A stretch of DNA of 64,000 bases, taken from positions 32,001-96,000 of IMG/VR virus record IMGVR_UViG_3300021255_001258; one strand, 5' to 3'. The position numbers and the translations under genes were made by a program. The notes under the pieces are model-generated. The model was given only the letters and a program-made list of their open reading frames with translations, was not told the origin of the DNA and made no database searches. Shown here one piece after another: positions 60,839 to 64,000 of the stretch. Positions within the stretch are counted from its first letter, which is position 1; each line of letters begins with the position of its first letter. This DNA comes from a virus (lineage: Duplodnaviria > Caudoviricetes).

Positions 60839-61318
60839 TTATTCCTTCTTATCAGTTGAGAAAATTACACCCTCGTCCTCACCAATAATCTCTTTAGCGA
60901 TATCTGCCATCAGAGTAGAGGTAATGCCATGAGGATCCCCCATATTGTCGTTCCAGAACTGGATAACCTCCGGTTTAAACACAACATAACTAATCGGATT
61001 CGACATAATTCCTTCAATAGTCGTTGCATAAGAAAATGCCGGATTGCCCTCAAACGCTCTCTTAATATAATCAATTCTCTTCGGTTCATCATTCGCCGGA
61101 ATTACTTCGATAAACACGGATACATTTCCAAAATCTTTCTGTACTGGCAGAAGCTCATCAAGAGCAGTAGCTTTTTCATGACTTTCAACATACAGCTTGA
61201 TATGCATCTCGTCCTCATCAAACTCAACTTTAATATCAGGATCTGGACTAAACATAGCTTCAAGTTTTCTATAGTACTCCACCCAAGGCGGAGACAGTTT
61301 TGTCTTTTTATCTTCCAT
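60839..61318 (-). CDS. Conserved phage hypothetical protein
   Basis: KLSPPW...FEGNP...VIQFWNDN; GAGGG RBS. Confidence 0.75.
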   Translation of the reverse strand: MEDKKTKLSPPWVEYYRKLEAMFSPDPDIKVEFDEDEMHIKLYVESHEKATALDELLPVQKDFGNVSVFIEVIPANDEPKRIDYIKRAFEGNPAFSYATTIEGIMSNPISYVVFKPEVIQFWNDNMGDPHGITSTLMADIAKEIIGEDEGVIFSTDKKE

Positions 61319-61412
61319 AATATCTTCCCTCATATAAAATAGGAGAGGAGTGAATCGTAGCCACTCCTCCCCACTAAGCAATATGTACCGAGACGGTACT
61401 ACGCTGGATACC

Positions 61413-61979
61413 TTAATTCATCCTATATTTAATGATTGCCTGTGCAGCTTCATCAGTAAGATGCGAAGATCCACGGTATGCAAATTGGCGCTTCGTGTCG
61501 CCAAGACATTCGCAGTAAAAGAATCCCCTATGATCAGGGTCCCACTCAAAGCAAGTCTGCGGATCCTCATCCATTCCGGGATCATCCTCCTCGATTTCTT
61601 CGTAATCAAATGTAAACAGACGGAATTCAGCCTCTACAAGATCGTGATTTTTAACATCCACAATAAACTTCGAATTCACCGTATCCTGCACAAAAATTAC
61701 TCCGTCAACGCCAATATAACATCCATGATTCTCGTTAAATGCCTTTTCAATATAAAGAGCTTTATCATCACTATCAATTGTAAGGATATATTCACGGTTA
61801 TAAGTCATAGCATCAATATCTGCAAAAGCAATATCAAATTCCTCGACATTCATAAAATACATGACGAGATCCTTAATAGTTTTATTGTCGCCAATAACAA
61901 CTACCTAATCATTTTTATCTAGTACATCATATAGCTCGTCGAGCATCCCCAACGGCTCCTCATAAAATTCCATTTTCAT
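61413..61979 (-). CDS. Hypothetical acidic protein, 188 aa (one TAG)
   Basis: Extends upstream through TAG to ATG 61979 with AAGGG RBS. Confidence 0.65.
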
Positions 61980-61997
61980 GTTTATCCCTTTTCTTCC

Positions 61998-63203
61998 TTA
62001 AAATTTAATATCATATATACAATCAAGCCCTTCATTCTCAGAAATAACGCACAACGCCTGTTCGGGTCTATTTTTAAGCCGTTTGTCAACACAATACTGA
62101 TCACTGCCGCTAAGACATCCAGACTGCACAACTTTTGTGTCGTAATCTGTCATCAAAGCATTTGTATGCCTATGTCCAGTTAATATAATATTCGGCTTAA
62201 TCCCAAACATTCTACGCATATTGTCTGCGGCCACACTAAAAGAATCTTTGTCACCATGGATAGCAAAAACATTCATGTTTCTAACAGGAAATATTGCAAC
62301 ACTCTGTTCTATATCATTTTTATGACAAATCACATTCTTATAGTTTTGTAATTTAGCCTGTAAAAAAGGAATTAAAAGATTATCCATATTTTCGTGAGCC
62401 AAACTCTCATCTTTCTTTGGAGTTATCCGGCTATGATTTCCTGGAGCGACATATACATTCACACATTCAAAATACTGTGAAAGTACAGCCAAGAACTCGC
62501 ATACGTAATCAGTTACCGTCAAAAACTGGTCAATTAAATCTTGATTATTCTCTATACGTAATATTGGATGTATTAATCCAGACAATAATTCCGAACAAAC
62601 AACATAAGCATCTCTTGCACCATGTCTTTTCGCAATTTCAATAACCCTGTCTAAATAATGATTCAATCGTTTGTTTAATATATCAGTATTATATTCGTTC
62701 CAAAAATTTTTAACTTCAATTCCACTATGTAAATCATAAAGCGGAATTAACAAATCACAATTACAATTATCTGTAAAAAAATCAGATTTTCCAGAATATT
62801 CTAAGGCCATTTTTGCTCCAGCCTCGACAATTGCATTTGTGAACTGTTCTATATATGATTCTTTACGAGCTTCTTCACGTAGAAGCCTCCGATATTCATT
62901 GCGCTCATCACGAACTTTTACCTTTTCTTTCTCAAGTTCACGACGTAGCTCAATTAATTCCTCCGCAGAAGCATCAACAGTATCATCAGAAAACTCCTCA
63001 CGAGTCTGCTTCATAAGCGCAAATTTTTTCCTGTATGCGCTCTCGCTATAATATTCTGACGGATCATCACGCAGCTCTTTATTAAATATATCTGCAAGTT
63101 CCGTCCATGTCAGATCTAATAAACCATCATTTTTGGCTTGACCCAACCTATAAATATAACGCATTTCACTTTCGCCCGGAAGTCGGGCAGTAGAAGAGGA
63201 CAT
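61998..63203 (-). CDS. Calcineurin-like metallophosphoesterase with N-terminal coiled coil
   Basis: DLH, GNH, HGD and GHRH motifs. Confidence 0.85.
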   Translation of the reverse strand: MSSSTARLPGESEMRYIYRLGQAKNDGLLDLTWTELADIFNKELRDDPSEYYSESAYRKKFALMKQTREEFSDDTVDASAEELIELRRELEKEKVKVRDERNEYRRLLREEARKESYIEQFTNAIVEAGAKMALEYSGKSDFFTDNCNCDLLIPLYDLHSGIEVKNFWNEYNTDILNKRLNHYLDRVIEIAKRHGARDAYVVCSELLSGLIHPILRIENNQDLIDQFLTVTDYVCEFLAVLSQYFECVNVYVAPGNHSRITPKKDESLAHENMDNLLIPFLQAKLQNYKNVICHKNDIEQSVAIFPVRNMNVFAIHGDKDSFSVAADNMRRMFGIKPNIILTGHRHTNALMTDYDTKVVQSGCLSGSDQYCVDKRLKNRPEQALCVISENEGLDCIYDIKF

Positions 63204-63206
63204 ATA

Positions 63207-63428
63207 TTAGTCCTCCTCAAAGCCTTCGCTTAAATCTTCCTCGGCTTTTGTAACAATCGAGAGTTCGACAAACATTCCCCTAAACGGGGCAAAACATTTT
63301 GCAACGTCAATGGTTGCCGCATCTCCGTCACTGTTTGTATAGTCAATCATATCTCCATCGGGAGAAAGGGTGCCTTTAATCGCAAAACGAGTGTTAGTTT
63401 TACTGTTGTAAGTATAATTCTTTGCCAT
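63207..63428 (-). CDS. Hypothetical protein
   Basis: AAGGAG RBS; 73 aa. Confidence 0.65.
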   Translation of the reverse strand: MAKNYTYNSKTNTRFAIKGTLSPDGDMIDYTNSDGDAATIDVAKCFAPFRGMFVELSIVTKAEEDLSEGFEED

Positions 63429-63448
63429 AGTTTTTCTCCTTTTAATCA

Positions 63449-64000
63449 TTATAAAATTTCATCAAGATCTATGTCTTTCCCTATAACTTTATCAACAACG
63501 CCGAGTTCAACAGCCTTTGCGCATGTCATATAATATTCTTCATCATAGATTTTGTCATAAAATTCCTCGGTCATTTTAGTCCTAGATAAAACAAAATCTT
63601 TTGTGTTAGAATCCAGCTCTTTGAAGAACCTCATTGTATCTTGGGCTTTCTTTGAAGTATTGGAAATTGCAACACTTCCATCATGCTGTAAGAATACACT
63701 GTTTTCAAATGCAATCCTTTCATGACAAGCAAGAAAAATTGTATAACAAGCACTTGCCACAAGTGAAAGACCAATCCCAATGACTGGTGTCTTACTTTGC
63801 ATGATTACATCTACAACATTTCTTGATACAAACGTATCTCCGCCAACGCTACTCATATAAATCCTGATTTTCTTTCGACACTCAATAGGCAATCCAATAT
63901 CTTCTTTATTCCATTTGAGAATATAGAGTACAATATCTTCAACCATACTGTCATTTACTTCGTCATTGAACACGAGAACTCTATCCTCAAGATATTCCCT
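63449..64000 (-). CDS. clpP: ClpP-like protease subunit (5' end outside window)
   Basis: IYMSSVGG, VASA (catalytic Ser), FLQH, and AVELGVVDKVI motifs. Confidence 0.85.
   Translation of the reverse strand, partial: REYLEDRVLVFNDEVNDSMVEDIVLYILKWNKEDIGLPIECRKKIRIYMSSVGGDTFVSRNVVDVIMQSKTPVIGIGLSLVASACYTIFLACHERIAFENSVFLQHDGSVAISNTSKKAQDTMRFFKELDSNTKDFVLSRTKMTEEFYDKIYDEEYYMTCAKAVELGVVDKVIGKDIDLDEIL

Noticed and set aside
291-63051. Plus-strand ORFs of the track (e.g. 33765..34418, 43204..43878, 50104..50997)
   Set aside because: They are antisense shadows of minus-strand genes with no RBS or protein-like motifs; only the RHH gene is supported.

Overview
This is a 64-kb piece of a large siphovirus-type phage or prophage, most likely infecting Clostridia or other Firmicutes (inferred from AGGAGG-type RBSs, a GH25/NlpC endolysin and gene order). 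Nearly every gene is on the minus strand. Reading right to left the order is: ClpP-like, metallophosphoesterase, tRNAs/HNH, terminase, portal, protease-scaffold, capsid, neck, major tail, recombinase, RusA-like, a six-gene cluster of unknown function, tape measure, lysis, Dit/Tal, tail fibres. The supplied ORF track looks fragmented because the phage reads TAG as sense (most likely Gln, genetic code 15). The fragments sit in one frame, end in TAG, and rejoin into full genes ending in TAA/TGA, including a ~5,430-aa tape measure. An amber-suppressor tRNA(CUA) is encoded at 60721-60808, on a tRNA-Trp-like scaffold with an unusually long variable arm. Three endonuclease-free group I introns interrupt the major capsid, major tail and a neck gene. 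The tail-fibre locus is a decayed diversity-generating retroelement: target/VR, hairpin and a truncated avd. The avd break coincides with a putative site for the neighbouring tyrosine recombinase, and related sites mark the 'LNSK' module junctions of the fibre. Other unexplained structure includes a ~35-bp long-range RNA duplex closing a 1.7-kb three-gene cassette, a pseudoknotted RNA between the suppressor tRNA and an HNH gene, and a candidate antisense small RNA. All family assignments come from motifs read by eye and recalled homologues; no database search was run.
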